Position numbers and translations under genes: made by a program. DNA of 64,000 bases, from positions 1 through 64,000 of IMG/VR virus record IMGVR_UViG_3300046519_000190. One strand, given 5' to 3'. Of this stretch, positions 26,956 to 36,708 are shown one piece after another (positions within the stretch are counted from its first letter, which is position 1; each line of letters begins with the position of its first letter). This DNA comes from a virus. The notes under the pieces were generated by a model. That model was not told the origin of the DNA and ran no database searches. It saw nothing but the letters and a program-made list of their open reading frames with translations.

Positions 26956-27611
26956 TACGCTTCCTCCGCTTCGACTGCCGATTCAAGCAGAGTGCGAGTC
27001 CAGTTTTCGAGAGGCAGGCCGGAGTTCAGCAGTTCGGTCGCAGTGAAGAAGCCCAGGGTTTCCAGCTCTTCTTCTGCGCACTGCATTTGAGCGCCTTCTG
27101 GGAGCAATGCACGCAGCACCAGACCCATGTGAACCTTGCCAACTTCGTCGGTGTTGTCGAGCAGAACGCCCACGCTACCGATCGCCACTTCATAGTCGGC
27201 ATCGTTGAACAGGATTTCTTCCTTGATTTCGCGGGCGGCTGCATGCAGAACCGTGTTCAGCACATCCATGACGCCGCTTTCGCTGTAAACCACGTCCGGG
27301 CCATCGACATGACCACCAACACCGACGCTGACGTTGCCAGCAAGACGGCTTTCACCAACCCCCTTTCCGCGACGATACGCAAAGAATTTGGCGCCTTCCG
27401 CGGTCATCTGTTGAAACAGAAGGTACAGGATGAGCTGACGCTTGCTCTCGTCTTTTTCGAGGCCCGCACGTTGTTCAACCACGACATCTGCCAGCAGCTC
27501 CGGCATCAGTTGACCGATATCGAGCTGGTACAGTTGCTGATCGTCGCCAGTCAGGCCGTGTTTGACCAGAGCGCTGTTGTTGACGGCTACGATGTGTTCT
27601 TGATGCTTCAT
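26955..27611 (-). CDS. NUDIX hydrolase (COG4112-like)
   Basis: RQLILY..Y.R...ESRL...SVGVGGHV..AAAREIKEE..VGKVH.G. Confidence 0.85.
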   Translation of the reverse strand: MKHQEHIVAVNNSALVKHGLTGDDQQLYQLDIGQLMPELLADVVVEQRAGLEKDESKRQLILYLLFQQMTAEGAKFFAYRRGKGVGESRLAGNVSVGVGGHVDGPDVVYSESGVMDVLNTVLHAAAREIKEEILFNDADYEVAIGSVGVLLDNTDEVGKVHMGLVLRALLPEGAQMQCAEEELETLGFFTATELLNSGLPLENWTRTLLESAVEAEEA

Positions 27612-27659
27612 GGTTTCTTCTCTCAGGTTGAAGCCCGGCTGTTACACCGGGCTGTTTGA

Positions 27660-28508
27660 TCAGTTGAACGCTGTCATGTTGAGCGCGAAAAGCAGGGAGT
27701 TCAACGCGGCTTTACTACGTGGACGCACGGTAATCGTCTCGCTCACCGTCAGACGAATGTCGACCGAGTTGATGTCGGGGCGACGACTCCAGCCAACGAT
27801 GGAGTAAACGCTGATGCAGACCTCACCGCCGTCAGTATCGATCCGCAGTTGGGTGCCGACCCGCTTGACCGCATCCGGGTCGATGACGCTCTTGTCGCAG
27901 AGGAAGCCAAATCGACCGTTTTCTGCACGCACCAGAGCGCCGGCGTGGTCTTTACCCAGAACGTCTGCCTCGTGCCACACATACGACGGGTTGAGCATGC
28001 GCTGTTCCATCAGCTTCTTCACCATTGCGAAGTCGCGTTTCAGCTTCACCCCGCCAGAAGCTGGCTCAGAGTCGTGGGAGAAGATGTAGGCGCTGTTGGG
28101 ACGAACCTTGCCACCCGAGTCGACCATATCCAGGTACTCGTCATACACCTGCTTGCCGCCCGCGATGGTGTAGCCGTTCAGACCCAGCTCGATTGCCAGG
28201 GTTTCTGCGAGTTGCAGCGCAGATTCCAGGCTCTTGGTGTAGTAGATCCACTTATCGTCTTCACCGTTCGTCCCGTTGAGACGCTGATGGTCGCTGATGA
28301 CGATAAGTGGGCGACGTGGTGCGACACGGGCACCGAATTCGACCATCTGTTGACCGGTATTGCGACCGACGATGACAGCCGTGCCGTCGGTGTACTTGGC
28401 GAAGCGATGCAAGTCTGCCGTCGAAGAGAACAGCAGCTTGTCACCAACACCGATCACACCGGTGTGGCTCATGGAAATTGCGATCTGACGCAAGCGAAGT
28501 GGGGTCAC
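27660..28508 (-). CDS. folA: dihydrofolate reductase with C-terminal extension
   Basis: VIG.GDKL..DLHRF..T.G.AVIVGR.T and IAGG.QVY; adjacent to thyA. Confidence 0.75.
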   Translation of the reverse strand: MTPLRLRQIAISMSHTGVIGVGDKLLFSSTADLHRFAKYTDGTAVIVGRNTGQQMVEFGARVAPRRPLIVISDHQRLNGTNGEDDKWIYYTKSLESALQLAETLAIELGLNGYTIAGGKQVYDEYLDMVDSGGKVRPNSAYIFSHDSEPASGGVKLKRDFAMVKKLMEQRMLNPSYVWHEADVLGKDHAGALVRAENGRFGFLCDKSVIDPDAVKRVGTQLRIDTDGGEVCISVYSIVGWSRRPDINSVDIRLTVSETITVRPRSKAALNSLLFALNMTAFN

Positions 28509-28699
28509 GATGAAATCACCTTGTAAGTTGGGGCCGGGATTGGCCCATGAAATACGCCACAGCGTTCAATTCGATCGTCAGCGGGGTGCCAACTGACGAT
28601 GGTCCAGTTTTTAGGATCTTCTGGCTGATCTTCCAGATACTCCGGTAACCACCAATAGTAGCCTGGTTCTGTCAGCTCAACGCGCCGCAGATACTTCAT
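28505..28699 (-). CDS. hypothetical protein
   Basis: Start trimmed to the ATGA overlap (MKYLRR). Confidence 0.65.
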   Translation of the reverse strand: MKYLRRVELTEPGYYWWLPEYLEDQPEDPKNWTIVSWHPADDRIERCGVFHGPIPAPTYKVISS

Positions 28700-29673
28700 A
28701 CAGCTACCGCGCCAGCGATCTTGCCCATGTGCTCGTAGCCAACGATTTCGAAGTCGTCGATGGTGTAGTCTTCGAGGTCTTTTGGCGCGCATTTGAACTT
28801 GATCGTCGGAGAAGGTGGTGCATCCTTCTCACGGTCGAATTGCAGGTTCATCTGGTCCTGGTGGTTGTTGTAGATGTGGCAGTCGCCACCGCTCCAGATG
28901 AATTCGCCGGGCACCATGTTCAGGCTGTGAGCGATATAGTGCAGCAGCAGGCTGTACGAAGCGATGTTGAACGGCACGCCCAGGAACATATCGGCCGAAC
29001 GCTGGAACAACTGCAAGCTGACGCCATAGCGTGGAATCTTGTGCGCGTCGTAGATCAGATGCCACTGAGCATCGGTCCTGTGGTTTGCGGTCAGAAACAG
29101 GTCTTTCGGCAGACGCTCATGCCGTTCGCTCACGGTCAGCTCATGACAGTGGACTTGCCACATGGTATGGCACGGTGGAAGCGCTTGAAGGCCGGCGTTG
29201 ACGTTGAAAGCGTGGCTCTTGCCCTCGATAGGCAGAAGAGCCGGGTTCCAGCCAGTGACGATGTGACGACGGCTCATTGGCTTCTCGCGCAGACCCTTCA
29301 TCAAGTCGGCAATCTGGTCGACTTCGTAGCTTTCACCGTTCTGACACATGACAGGCCAGTTACGCCACATTGCGCCGTAGATTGGACCCAGATCACCCTT
29401 CTCGTTCGCGAAAGCGTTCCAGATGTTTACGCCCTGGTCTTTCAGGAAGTTGTTGTCGGTGATGCCGTTCAGGAACATGCGCAGTTCCAGTTCGACTGCT
29501 TTCATTGGCACGAACTTACTGGTCAGCAAGGGGAAACCGTCACGCATGTCGAAACGCATGTTCAGACCAGCAGCTTTGGTCGTACCTGTTCCGGTGCGAT
29601 CACTGCTTGCACGACCGAAATCATGCAGCAATGCGGAACAGGTTTGCAGGTAGAGGCTGTCGTGTTCGTTCAT
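28696..29673 (-). CDS. thyA: thymidylate synthase
   Basis: DRTGTGT, LGPIYG, ALPPCH, QRSADMFLGVPFNIASY, DCHIY.NH. Confidence 0.97.
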   Translation of the reverse strand: MNEHDSLYLQTCSALLHDFGRASSDRTGTGTTKAAGLNMRFDMRDGFPLLTSKFVPMKAVELELRMFLNGITDNNFLKDQGVNIWNAFANEKGDLGPIYGAMWRNWPVMCQNGESYEVDQIADLMKGLREKPMSRRHIVTGWNPALLPIEGKSHAFNVNAGLQALPPCHTMWQVHCHELTVSERHERLPKDLFLTANHRTDAQWHLIYDAHKIPRYGVSLQLFQRSADMFLGVPFNIASYSLLLHYIAHSLNMVPGEFIWSGGDCHIYNNHQDQMNLQFDREKDAPPSPTIKFKCAPKDLEDYTIDDFEIVGYEHMGKIAGAVAV

Positions 29674-29676
29674 TGG

Positions 29677-29985
29677 TCACTCGTTTTCGTATGGTTCATC
29701 GGATAGTTCACGCAGGCGCTGACGCTCAAGGTAATCGTCAGGGTCTTCGTATTGGGATGGGCGTTCTTCATCGGCCCGTGTGCCTTCGCTGTGCAAAGGA
29801 GGGTGTTCGTATTTTTCACGGGCAGCGTGATGATGCGGATATTCATAGCTAACGCTGTCGTGTCTGTGCTCGCGTTCATCGCTGTGACGCTCTGATGCGA
29901 ACGCTGACGCTGTTAGCGCTGCACTTGCTGCGATGATCAGCACGACGATAGAAACAGTCTGCATCGCTCTTATATGCGCTCTCAT
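29677..29985 (-). CDS. exported His/acidic-rich protein
   Basis: Signal peptide ending ASAFA; low-complexity mature part; start trimmed to follow the promoter. Confidence 0.6.
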   Translation of the reverse strand: MRAHIRAMQTVSIVVLIIAASAALTASAFASERHSDEREHRHDSVSYEYPHHHAAREKYEHPPLHSEGTRADEERPSQYEDPDDYLERQRLRELSDEPYENE

Positions 29986-30022
29986 GAAAAATCCCTCGCT
30001 CATGCGTTTAATAGTCTTGATC

Positions 30023-30053
30023 ACTATGTCACGCAGAACGAGGGATTGTGTGG
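30023..30053 (-). promoter_or_regulatory. CC-N8-CC-N13 promoter-like element
   Basis: -10 CATAGT, exact spacing. Confidence 0.7.
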
Positions 30054-30242
30054 GCTTGTGTAAGGGCAGCTTTGGAGCCGCTAAATTTTCGGCGGCGGGA
30101 TTACGAACTGTGAGCCATTCGACCAACTCCAACTCCAGTCTGAAATACCCGGCGATGAGCACGTCGAGTCAGAAGCCGGACATCCTTCACAATCAAGGCT
30201 GCAACCACGAAGGTCAGAGCCAGGTTCAGCATGGTAAGCGTT

Positions 30243-30854
30243 TCATTTTCCCAGTTGAACATTTTCCACCTCGATAGGTTTCAATTTCAGAATAATGGCC
30301 TCAAGAGCGGCGATGACTCGCTGATCCGGGCTTGACTCTTTGCGGTAACGATCGACGGCTTTCTCGATCATCTCCGCACGTTTTCTCAACCACGCCGCAC
30401 GCGCTTCTTCGGCCGTGTCGTAAGAGCCTATCCACAGACTGCGCCCATCCTCTGTCACTCCAGCCTCGTACTGTTTTGACCTCTTGTTGGCTCTGAATAC
30501 ATAGCCATCAGAATTCAAGCCGACTACAGTGAGGTTGATGTACTGAGGAACAAAACAGCAGGCGTCTGGGCCATAGACTCTGTTACCGGGAACAAGCAGG
30601 TCTTTGTCGAGTTGCTTGCCTACCCAATCTTGCTTTTCAGCCCACGCTTTGAAAGCGGTGAAGCTGTACCACACCGGGTCTACTTCGCAGCCGATGTAGC
30701 ATTTGTTGCCTGAGTTCCGAGCGCCATAACACCGACTAAAGAGTCGGTGCCATAGCTTGTAAATTGGGTCGCTCTGACAGTTGGTTGGAGCGTCATAGAC
30801 GCCCCTCCCTTGCACCAGGCGGCGACTCGTATGAGTTTGACCGGCTAGAGACAT
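30243..30854 (-). CDS. free-standing HNH-type homing endonuclease with AP2-like C-terminus
   Basis: W..L..RCY..Y.GC.V...W.SF..F..W..LDKDLL..GN.VY.P..C.FVP..IN; GSYDTAEEA. Confidence 0.8.
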   Translation of the reverse strand: MSLAGQTHTSRRLVQGRGVYDAPTNCQSDPIYKLWHRLFSRCYGARNSGNKCYIGCEVDPVWYSFTAFKAWAEKQDWVGKQLDKDLLVPGNRVYGPDACCFVPQYINLTVVGLNSDGYVFRANKRSKQYEAGVTEDGRSLWIGSYDTAEEARAAWLRKRAEMIEKAVDRYRKESSPDQRVIAALEAIILKLKPIEVENVQLGK

Positions 30855-30860
30855 TTCAGA

Positions 30861-31883
30861 TCAATCCCACTCAAGACCGCGATCTTCGTACTCGACAACT
30901 CTATCCTCGAAAAAATTAGTCTCAATCCCGTGCTCATTAAGGTAAGCATCGGTCCACGCCAGTGGATCTTTCGTTACTTGCGGGAATGGAGCTTCGATGC
31001 CCACAGCACGGGCTACGCCGTTGGTGCCGAACATGATGCTGCCGTCGCTGATTTCATCCGTGACGCCCAATTGACCGCCCTGATTCACATGGCGGTTCCA
31101 GGTCATTTCCATTTCAGCGGCAAGGCGGAGAATCTCACCGCAGTCCTTGAGCACCTCTACCGTGAACAGCTCAGGGTTTTCTTTGCGAATCTCGCGGAAC
31201 ATGCTGTTGAAGATTCGCAGGTGACTGGCTTCGTCACGCTGGATGTAGCGGATGTTCTTCGCGCAGCCGGGCATCTTGCCGCTTTTGTGCAGGATGTAGA
31301 ACCGCTTGAAGCCCATCTGGAAGTAGACGCCTTCGAGTGCTTGGTTCGCAACGATGGCACGGACGAAGTTCTCGCCGGTGAAGTCGTCGCCCAGCAGGTT
31401 GGCCATCTTGATGATGTGCTGGTTCTTGGCCGCGAGGATTTCGTCGGTCATGAACAGGTTGTAGGTTTCGATCGGGTCCATGTCCAGACTGGTGATCATT
31501 CGATCATAGGTCAGAACGTGAACCAGCTCTTCGTAGGCTTGACGAGTCAGAGCCATGCGATATTCCGGCGCTGTGACGTGCGCTTGGATGTTGTTCGCCA
31601 GGGTGCTGAGCTGAATGCCATCGAGGTTCGAGAGGAAGCCCAGGTTCATCTGGACAGAGCGACAGGCTTTCGGGTTGAGGGTGCGGAAGTCTGCGAGGTC
31701 ATCGACCAGGTTTACGTGCCAGTGCTTCCAGTCGTCACGAAGAGCCTTGTCCATAATGGCGATGGGCTCTGCGTATTTCTTAGGGGACGGAGCCATCAGC
31801 TCGTCGTCTTCGCCAAAGATCACGCGACGGTTGTTGATGATTTTCAATGCCCGCTCTTGCGGGGTGAGGATGATGCTCGACAT
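30861..31883 (-). CDS. nrdB: ribonucleotide reductase class Ia beta subunit
   Basis: Di-iron ligands D, EELVH, LEG, RDEASH; radical Tyr; C-terminal FFE..V.EY. Confidence 0.93.
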   Translation of the reverse strand: MSSIILTPQERALKIINNRRVIFGEDDELMAPSPKKYAEPIAIMDKALRDDWKHWHVNLVDDLADFRTLNPKACRSVQMNLGFLSNLDGIQLSTLANNIQAHVTAPEYRMALTRQAYEELVHVLTYDRMITSLDMDPIETYNLFMTDEILAAKNQHIIKMANLLGDDFTGENFVRAIVANQALEGVYFQMGFKRFYILHKSGKMPGCAKNIRYIQRDEASHLRIFNSMFREIRKENPELFTVEVLKDCGEILRLAAEMEMTWNRHVNQGGQLGVTDEISDGSIMFGTNGVARAVGIEAPFPQVTKDPLAWTDAYLNEHGIETNFFEDRVVEYEDRGLEWD

Positions 31884-31903
31884 CGATTCTACCTTCGAAG
31901 TTG

Positions 31904-32290
31904 TTACCATTGTGGTGATAGTTGTTCACGCTTGGCACGGATGAATTTCGCGATCGCAGCCGGGTCTTCTTCGACCTCAAGCAGCACAAGAATCTCTTCG
32001 ATCACCTGGAGAGGGTCTTGGTTCGCGATTTGAAGGAGCGCTGCGGCTCTCTCGTTGTTGTGCTTCTCGTTTGCGTTCCTGACGGCCGCTGTTTTCAGCT
32101 CCATCTGGTTCATTTCGTATTTCTTGGTCTCTTCTTCCAAGCTCTTCTGCCAGTGGTTCAGACTGGCTTCGCGCTCTTCGACTTGCTCGACCAGATACTT
32201 GGCCTTCTGAGAGACAACGTGGTTTTCATACATCATTTTTTCGAGGTAGTTTTTCGCTGCCTCGTAATCTTCAACGGTTTTGAATTCCAT
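31904..32290 (-). CDS. coiled-coil protein (paralog of 32292-32678)
   Basis: Shared C-terminal LLE..EDPA.IA..IR.K....P.W. Confidence 0.8.
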   Translation of the reverse strand: MEFKTVEDYEAAKNYLEKMMYENHVVSQKAKYLVEQVEEREASLNHWQKSLEEETKKYEMNQMELKTAAVRNANEKHNNERAAALLQIANQDPLQVIEEILVLLEVEEDPAAIAKFIRAKREQLSPQW

Positions 32291-32291
32291 G

Positions 32292-32678
32292 TTACCACTC
32301 CGGGATCAGCAGACCGAATTTCTCACGAATCCGCAGTGCGATGGTAGCTGGATCTTCATCCAGCTCCAATAGCAGAAGTGTTTCACGAACGATGTTGGCC
32401 TCTTTCAGCAGGTCCAGCTTGGTGAGCTGGATTGACCGATCGTTCGCCAGATTTACACGGTGAGCCTCTTCACGCTTACTGAATTGAACCTCCAAACCCT
32501 GGTAATGGGCTTCAAGGGTTTTCAGCTCAGCCATACGCTCTTCGACGCGGATCTTTTCGATTTCACGCTCGGCTGCGAACAGCCGGCGTGCTTCTTCCAG
32601 TTCGCGAACCTTCGAGTCAGCGTCAAGTGAGGCCCGCTGACGCATCTTTTCGGCGGTCTTGCGCTGCTTGGCGTTCAT
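32292..32678 (-). CDS. coiled-coil protein (paralog of 31904-32290)
   Basis: Shared C-terminal motif with 31904-32290. Confidence 0.8.
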   Translation of the reverse strand: MNAKQRKTAEKMRQRASLDADSKVRELEEARRLFAAEREIEKIRVEERMAELKTLEAHYQGLEVQFSKREEAHRVNLANDRSIQLTKLDLLKEANIVRETLLLLELDEDPATIALRIREKFGLLIPEW

Positions 32679-33619
32679 CAGTTGATAGTCCGGTTGCCGT
32701 CGAAGCGGAACGAATCAGGCTTGGCAGCAGCGATGTGGGTCGCTTCTGCTTGCACCTGGGTCTTCGGAGCCGCTGTCGCAGGCTTTGCAGTCTCATCGCG
32801 AAGTTTCATGCTGGTCGCTACAGCGCGCTTGGTGTGCTCGCCTACGGTGTAGGTCATCGTATCGACCAGATCAGCCGCGCTCATGGAGTAGACAGCGACG
32901 TTGGCAATGCTCAGAGCTTGCTTGGCACCAATGACACTCTCGATGGTGGCACGGGCTTGTGTCACGACCATTTCAGGGCTTGCGGAACGAGCGGTGATTG
33001 CGTGCATGACCGCACCGATCATCTGCCCGGTGAACAACACAGATGGATCGTTCATCTCCGTAATCTCTTTCGGCATGCCGGCAACGATATCGCGCTGAAT
33101 CTCCGCGAACTGCATGTGGCCGCCGGCCGCTGCAATGCCCGCTGACATGATTGCCATCACACGCGGATCGAGCTTGGCGAAACCAGTTTGACGCTGTTCG
33201 GTGTTGAAGCTTTCCAGCCTTTCGATTTGCTCCTGAGTCAAGCCTTCCATTGCCGTAGGGGCTTCGATGCTTTCAATCAGCTTGGTGATCGGCAGTTGCT
33301 GCATCGCCACGCTGACGTCGGTCAGAATCTTGATCAGGTAGGTGGACTGGATTTGTTGGTTGATCCCAAACAGATTGCTGACCTTGTTCGAGATTTCTTC
33401 ACTCTCTGGGCCAGTGCCGGAGTCGTAGTGCTCGACCAGCATAGCCATCAGCTCAGTGTAGTTTGCCTTGAACAACGGGCCAATCACCGGGTCGTCTTTC
33501 ATTTCGACCTGCATGGCGCCTGGCTGAGTCAACAACGCTGCCGCTCGCTCGATCACTTCCCAGCACTGCTCTTCGGACATCGCGTCCATTTCAACGGTTT
33601 TTGCCTTCAATTCGATCAT
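32678..33619 (-). CDS. hypothetical helical protein
   Basis: First ORF after promoter 33658-33688. Confidence 0.8.
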   Translation of the reverse strand: MIELKAKTVEMDAMSEEQCWEVIERAAALLTQPGAMQVEMKDDPVIGPLFKANYTELMAMLVEHYDSGTGPESEEISNKVSNLFGINQQIQSTYLIKILTDVSVAMQQLPITKLIESIEAPTAMEGLTQEQIERLESFNTEQRQTGFAKLDPRVMAIMSAGIAAAGGHMQFAEIQRDIVAGMPKEITEMNDPSVLFTGQMIGAVMHAITARSASPEMVVTQARATIESVIGAKQALSIANVAVYSMSAADLVDTMTYTVGEHTKRAVATSMKLRDETAKPATAAPKTQVQAEATHIAAAKPDSFRFDGNRTIN

Positions 33620-33657
33620 TGCTAGAGTCTCGCGCTGTTTAAAGAATTAGAGCGCTA

Positions 33658-33688
33658 ATAGTAGCGCTCTAAAGTAGGGGTTAGATGG
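33658..33688 (-). promoter_or_regulatory. CC-N8-CC-N13 promoter-like element with -10 at a palindrome centre
   Basis: -10 TACTAT; TTAGAGCGCTA/TAGCGCTCTAA. Confidence 0.75.
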
Positions 33689-33719
33689 GAGTCAGCTCTT
33701 CCCTGAGCTGCTACCTATG

Positions 33720-36053
33720 TCACTGACAGGCTTCGCATTCGAAGTAGGTTGCTGGGCCGGTCGCTGAAATCAGATCGAGGTTCGATTCGAAACCAGCTTC
33801 CGGCATGTTCGCTGCAACGATCGATCCTGCTGGGAACTTTTCTGCGATCTTCTCCAGCTCAGTCTTCTCAGCCTTGTCTTCGATACGACCGGCGCCGTCT
33901 TGCTCACCCTGGTTGCGGAGGTAGTAGGTCGTCTTCACGTCCAGTTCCCATGCAGTGGTGTACCAGAGGTCAAGAGTACGGCCCTTGATGTTCTTGGTAC
34001 GGTACAGATTCAGCGACTGCGACTGGTCGATCCACTTCTGACGCTTCGCAGCGGCACGGATGGACCACAGTTGATCAACTTCCCAGACGGTCTTCACCAG
34101 CTCCGGCTTGTTGTACTTGTGAAGAGAGCTGATCTGCAAGAAGCGACCGGACAGGTTCTCTTTGGTGATGGCCAGCTCGTTCGGCAACTGAATGCACTCG
34201 GTCGTGCCAACGATGTTGGCGATCGTTGCAGTCGGGGCCAGTGCGGTGATGTTGCTGTTGCGGATACCGTACTTGACGACATCTTCACGCAGCAATTGCC
34301 ATTCCATCGGCGAGAAGAAGTTGACCTTCTGATCTTTGGCCGTGTCGATGGTCAGCTTACCCTGGCTCCAAGTGGAACCTGGGAACGTTTCGTAAGCACC
34401 GCGTTCTTTGGCCAGCTCCATCGAAGCCTTGATCGAGTAGAAGTTGATCTGCTCGAAGGTTTCGTCAGCCCATTGCAGGTGATCATGCGACTCCCAGTCG
34501 ATGTCGCATTGCAGCATGGCTTCTGCGTAGCCCATGACGCCCAGGCCGATTGGACGGTGACGCATGTTGCTGCGCTTGGTTTCCGGCGTTGGGTAGTAGT
34601 TCAGGTCGATCACGTTGTCCAGCATACGCACAGCGGTGTTGACAGTGCGTTGCAGCTTGTCGCTGTCGATCTGACCGTTGCGAACATGGTTGCCCAGAAC
34701 GATAGAGCCCAGGTTGCAGACTGCGGTCTCTTCCTTGCTGTTGATCAGGGTGATTTCAGTGCAGAGGTTGCTATTGTGAACCACACCGACGTGAGCTTGC
34801 GGGTTGCGACGGTTGCAGGCGTCTTTGAACGTTACCCAGGGGTAGCCGGTACGAACGAGCTTGTCCAGATGGTTCTTCCAGACATCCATTGCCGGCAGTT
34901 GACGACGAGCCAAGCCTGCTGCTTCTGCTGCCTCGTAGGCTTTCTTGAAGTCGTCGCCGTACAGATCGTGCAGACCCGGTACGTCGCTTGGGCAGAAGAA
35001 CGACCACATGCCGCCGGCGTTCTTGCGTTCCATGAACAGGTCAGGCACCCATGCGGCCGGGTGAATGTCGTGAGTTCGCAGGTTGTCATCACCGGTCTGC
35101 AAGCGCAGGTCACAGTAGTCCATGAAATCGTCGTGCCAGTTTTCGAGGTACGGACTGAACGCACCCTTACGCTTGCCGCCCTGGTTCACTGCGACTGCGG
35201 TCTGGTTGTAGATTTTCAGGAACGGAATGATGCCGTTCGATTTTCCGTTGGTCGACTTGATCACGGACTTGTTCGCACGGACTTCGGTCCAGTCGGTGCC
35301 CACACCGCCTGCGAACTTGCTCAGCAAGGCAGACTGAGTGATACCCAGGTCGAAGATCAGTTCCAGGTCGTCTGGTACGTAGGACAGGTAGCAGCTCGAC
35401 ATCTGGCTGTGACGAGTGCCGGAGTTGAACAGCGTTGGGGTCGACGGAACGTAGTCCATCTGGCTCATGACGTTGTAGAACTCGATGGCGCGTTCAGTTG
35501 GGTTCTGCTCAGTCAGAGCCAGGCCCATTGCGACACGCATCCAGAAGTGTTGCGGCATTTCGTAGATCGCTTTGCCGCTGTTGTGTGCCAGTGGGCGGGT
35601 CAGCAGATAGCGGTCAGCGATGGTCTGAATGCCCAGATAGGCGAACAGATCGTCACGCTCTGGGTTGATAGCGGCATCGATTGCTTCGAGGTCGAACCGG
35701 CCATCCATCAGACGGCTGTCGAGCTGTTGGTACAGAATGCCCTGGCTGAGCATTGCGCGGATCGAAGGGTACTTGATGTCGCCGCCGGTGACTTGCTTGT
35801 AGATCGACTGGAGGATGAAGCGCGCCGTTACCTTGTCGAAGTCCGGCTGTGCGAGGCTGATCAGAGAGCTTGCGGTTTGAATTTGAGCCTGAGCGATTTC
35901 TTTGGTCGGCATGCCATCGTAGAACTGAATCTGGAGAGAGGCATCAAGCTCGCTCTGGCAGACGTTCAAATCTCGGCATGCCCACTTGCTGTGAGCCATG
36001 ATCTTGGTGATATCCAAATCTTGCAACGAGCCATTGGATTTAGTGACCTGCAT
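33720..36053 (-). CDS. nrdA: ribonucleotide reductase class Ia alpha subunit with ATP cone
   Basis: VTKSNG ATP cone, PTLFNSG, SSCY, SNLCTEI, CNLGS, APTAT, KTTYY, C-terminal CEAC. Confidence 0.97.
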   Translation of the reverse strand: MQVTKSNGSLQDLDITKIMAHSKWACRDLNVCQSELDASLQIQFYDGMPTKEIAQAQIQTASSLISLAQPDFDKVTARFILQSIYKQVTGGDIKYPSIRAMLSQGILYQQLDSRLMDGRFDLEAIDAAINPERDDLFAYLGIQTIADRYLLTRPLAHNSGKAIYEMPQHFWMRVAMGLALTEQNPTERAIEFYNVMSQMDYVPSTPTLFNSGTRHSQMSSCYLSYVPDDLELIFDLGITQSALLSKFAGGVGTDWTEVRANKSVIKSTNGKSNGIIPFLKIYNQTAVAVNQGGKRKGAFSPYLENWHDDFMDYCDLRLQTGDDNLRTHDIHPAAWVPDLFMERKNAGGMWSFFCPSDVPGLHDLYGDDFKKAYEAAEAAGLARRQLPAMDVWKNHLDKLVRTGYPWVTFKDACNRRNPQAHVGVVHNSNLCTEITLINSKEETAVCNLGSIVLGNHVRNGQIDSDKLQRTVNTAVRMLDNVIDLNYYPTPETKRSNMRHRPIGLGVMGYAEAMLQCDIDWESHDHLQWADETFEQINFYSIKASMELAKERGAYETFPGSTWSQGKLTIDTAKDQKVNFFSPMEWQLLREDVVKYGIRNSNITALAPTATIANIVGTTECIQLPNELAITKENLSGRFLQISSLHKYNKPELVKTVWEVDQLWSIRAAAKRQKWIDQSQSLNLYRTKNIKGRTLDLWYTTAWELDVKTTYYLRNQGEQDGAGRIEDKAEKTELEKIAEKFPAGSIVAANMPEAGFESNLDLISATGPATYFECEACQ

Positions 36054-36141
36054 GTTTGAGTCCTTACACATGATGTTGTGGGTAAATGGGCTGTCTTACA
36101 CAGCCCATTGTATATCGAGGGGGAGAAAGTGTACCCGGCAG

Positions 36142-36708
36142 CTACTTGGTAAAGCTAGCTGTCATCTTGCGGAGCATGGTGATGAGGGCTTTGAAATCAT
36201 CCTCTGCCATGCCCGCATTGATAGCCGCTACGGCGTCTGCAAGGTGTTCGTTGTTGAGGGTCAGCTTGCCACCGCGCTGTAACCAATTGATATCTGGGAA
36301 CTTGGCGTGTGCCCAGGCGATCATTTCTTCTTTGGTCGCATTGCGATCGCCGGTCGAGTGAACCTTAACCTGGTTCGGGCTGACCTGAATCACCGGGATG
36401 TCCAGCGATGCGATCAGAGCGATGCAAGCCCCGTAGGACTTCATGGCGTCAGCAGACTGACTACCGATCGGCATTTCAACGAATGCGATTTCGGCACCAG
36501 CCTCGGCTGCTTTGATGGCTTCGTAGAGAATCCGGGTGCGGTCGTAGTCGTCGCTGCTCTTGCGAACAGTCTTGGACTTGCCCTTCTCGGTCTTGACCAG
36601 CTCGACCTCTTCCACTTCCCACTCAAGGGTTTTCAAGTCGAGCCAGCCCTTTGCGATGCCGGTGTTCCGAAGACTTGGGTCGATGCCGATGATTTTGATC
36701 TTGCTCAT
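36142..36708 (-). CDS. ruvC: RuvC-like Holliday junction resolvase
   Basis: IIGIDPSL..TG, VEMP, ATKEEM, HLADAVA. Confidence 0.85.
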   Translation of the reverse strand: MSKIKIIGIDPSLRNTGIAKGWLDLKTLEWEVEEVELVKTEKGKSKTVRKSSDDYDRTRILYEAIKAAEAGAEIAFVEMPIGSQSADAMKSYGACIALIASLDIPVIQVSPNQVKVHSTGDRNATKEEMIAWAHAKFPDINWLQRGGKLTLNNEHLADAVAAINAGMAEDDFKALITMLRKMTASFTK

